Shown here piece by piece: positions 33,361-35,024 of a stretch of 35,024 nucleotides of DNA. The stretch covers positions 1-35,024 of the forward strand of contig NW_021829908.1 of NCBI RefSeq assembly GCF_006345805.1, in the 5' to 3' direction. The notes beneath the pieces were generated by a model. The model was not told where the DNA came from and made no database searches. It saw only the letters and a list, made by a program, of their open reading frames with translations. Position 1 is the first letter of the stretch, and each line of letters begins with the position of its first letter. Source of the DNA: Octopus sinensis. Lineage: Eukaryota. Position numbers and translations under genes: made by a program.

Positions 33361-34571
33361 TCTACCATTAGATGTATTATAATAATTAAATTAATTATAT
33401 ATTAAAGTTACGAGTACATTGAATCGGCATTTCACATTTAGTACACTAACGTCTATAACTAAAGAATTAAAAATTCTTAGTAGATATCATATAAATATCA
33501 AATATTATATTAAAATATTAATATTGCATCTTATATACGAGAAAAGGGAGGATTTTTCATTTATTCACGCACATTTATGGATATTCAAAAAACTACCACC
33601 GGATATATTATTATTATAAATAATTAATTATATGTTAAAACTATTTGAAATTTGAATCAGTCGTTACTTCACGTTTTATTATACCAGCATCTGCAAATAT
33701 AAGCATTAAAGAATGCTAAGTAGATATAATATAGTTATAAAAATATTAATTAAATGCTAAAGTCGTATATTAAGTTTTTCTGCATAGGTAACCGTATCAT
33801 TGCGGTTTGCTATAAATCTAATTAAGCACGTTCTTCATGAATATGTCGTTGATATTTTATAACATAATTATGAAACTAAGAGGTAAAATGTATAGTAGTT
33901 GTCGCTTTAGTAATTTTATTATTTTTTTATTTAAAATTCTTATCAATTGTATTTGGTAACGTTTAAGCTTCCTTTGATTACATAGTTCTATTGACCATAA
34001 CTATTGCGCACAAACATGGATGATGCGATACTATAATATGATAATTAATTAGCAGATTTTGATAGACGCCATATTTTTTGCTGGCTTCCATATTTTAATA
34101 AACGCTGACAAAATTACACGATAAATATTACCGCTCTCTCCCTCAATCTCTCTCTACCTATCTCTCTCTCTCTCTTTCAATCTCTCCCTCTCTAACACCT
34201 AGTTCACTCTAACTGCAACACCGCCCTCAATAACAACTATTATGTATTATAGACGCATGCACACAACTAAACCATATATATTTGTTTATATGTCTATATA
34301 TACTCATAACGGTTTTTAAAAAATACATACATTCCAAAAACGCTCACATCTGAGTCTGGAATGTAACTCCTTTCTGGGAAATTCTCCCCAGATGAAATAC
34401 CGAATTAGCCTGTTTCAAAACGAAATTTTAAATTAATCTAATTTAATTTAATTTCTTTAATTGAACCAATTGGATATAGAAAAGAAACGGCTGTGTTGGA
34501 ACATGAATTCATATTGATTTGATAAACTAATGTCTATATCAATTTGCCTATTTTCTTCTTTTTCCATTTCA

Positions 34572-34615
<44 letters not shown>

Positions 34616-34616
<1 letters not shown>

Positions 34617-34834
34617 AAGTTAATCCAAACAAGAAAAACACAAAAAAAAACACAGCAACGCGGGACGGGGACGTGGAACAAATAAAGTATTATTGGACGC
34701 TCAGGAAAGAAGGAAGAAGGAGGGTTTAACGTTTCGAGCGGAGCTCTTCGTCGGAAACATAGGAGAATGAAAGATCCCAAGAAGGGAAGACAGAGGAAAA
34801 AAAAAATCCGATAGCCGGTAACTCACGAGGTCAC

Positions 34835-34835
<1 letters not shown>
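34616..34835 (-). mobile_element. Solo PLE terminal-repeat-like element in (TA)n with hammerhead-like motif at 34724-34758
   Basis: Minus strand GUUU CCGACGA A GAGC UCC GCUC GAAAC GUU AAAC; shares GCTCGAAACGTTAAA and TTCCTGAGCG with 14463-14506. Confidence 0.75.
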
Positions 34836-34882
<47 letters not shown>

Positions 34883-35024
34883 CATGTACACACACATAAC
34901 ATGTATTATGTGTGTAGTGTGCCTGCGCATGTGTGTATGTGAACGTGCATGACTTATTGGTTAGGCGTTGGCCCCACGATCTAAGATCGTGATACATCAT
35001 TTCAGGTTGCTTTAGTCGCCTCAG

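Overview
Eukaryotic, AT-rich DNA packed with microsatellites and retroelements. The SINE families resemble those I recall from octopus/cephalopod genomes (inference, not verified). There is no intact long gene, and most ORF-track entries are translations of microsatellites or antisense TE sequence. Contents: (i) a decayed Tx1-like L1-clade LINE sitting in a (TATC)n tract (4446-8875); (ii) a near full-length but frameshifted Penelope-like element (RT + C-terminal GIY-YIG, about 10590-14608) with a head-to-head inverted RT fragment; (iii) a 10.5-kb nest of about 11 segments, mostly R4/Dong-type (RT + RLE) insertions from at least three families, in a (TAA)n array (17229-27795); (iv) a second, AT-rich Penelope-like relic (31865-33360); (v) SINEs, fold-back elements and two plausible host exons (16033-16134, 17038-17097). 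The main hidden signal is RNA-level: up to nine hammerhead-ribozyme-like motifs, mostly in small (TA)n-flanked repeats. One (1203-1263) has all three hammerhead strands in the non-circularly permuted order S3-S2-S1 and lies in a non-coding unit of about 750 nt whose two copies map as a circle or tandem, i.e. a retrozyme-like or PLE-dependent element. All folds were derived by eye and none is tested.
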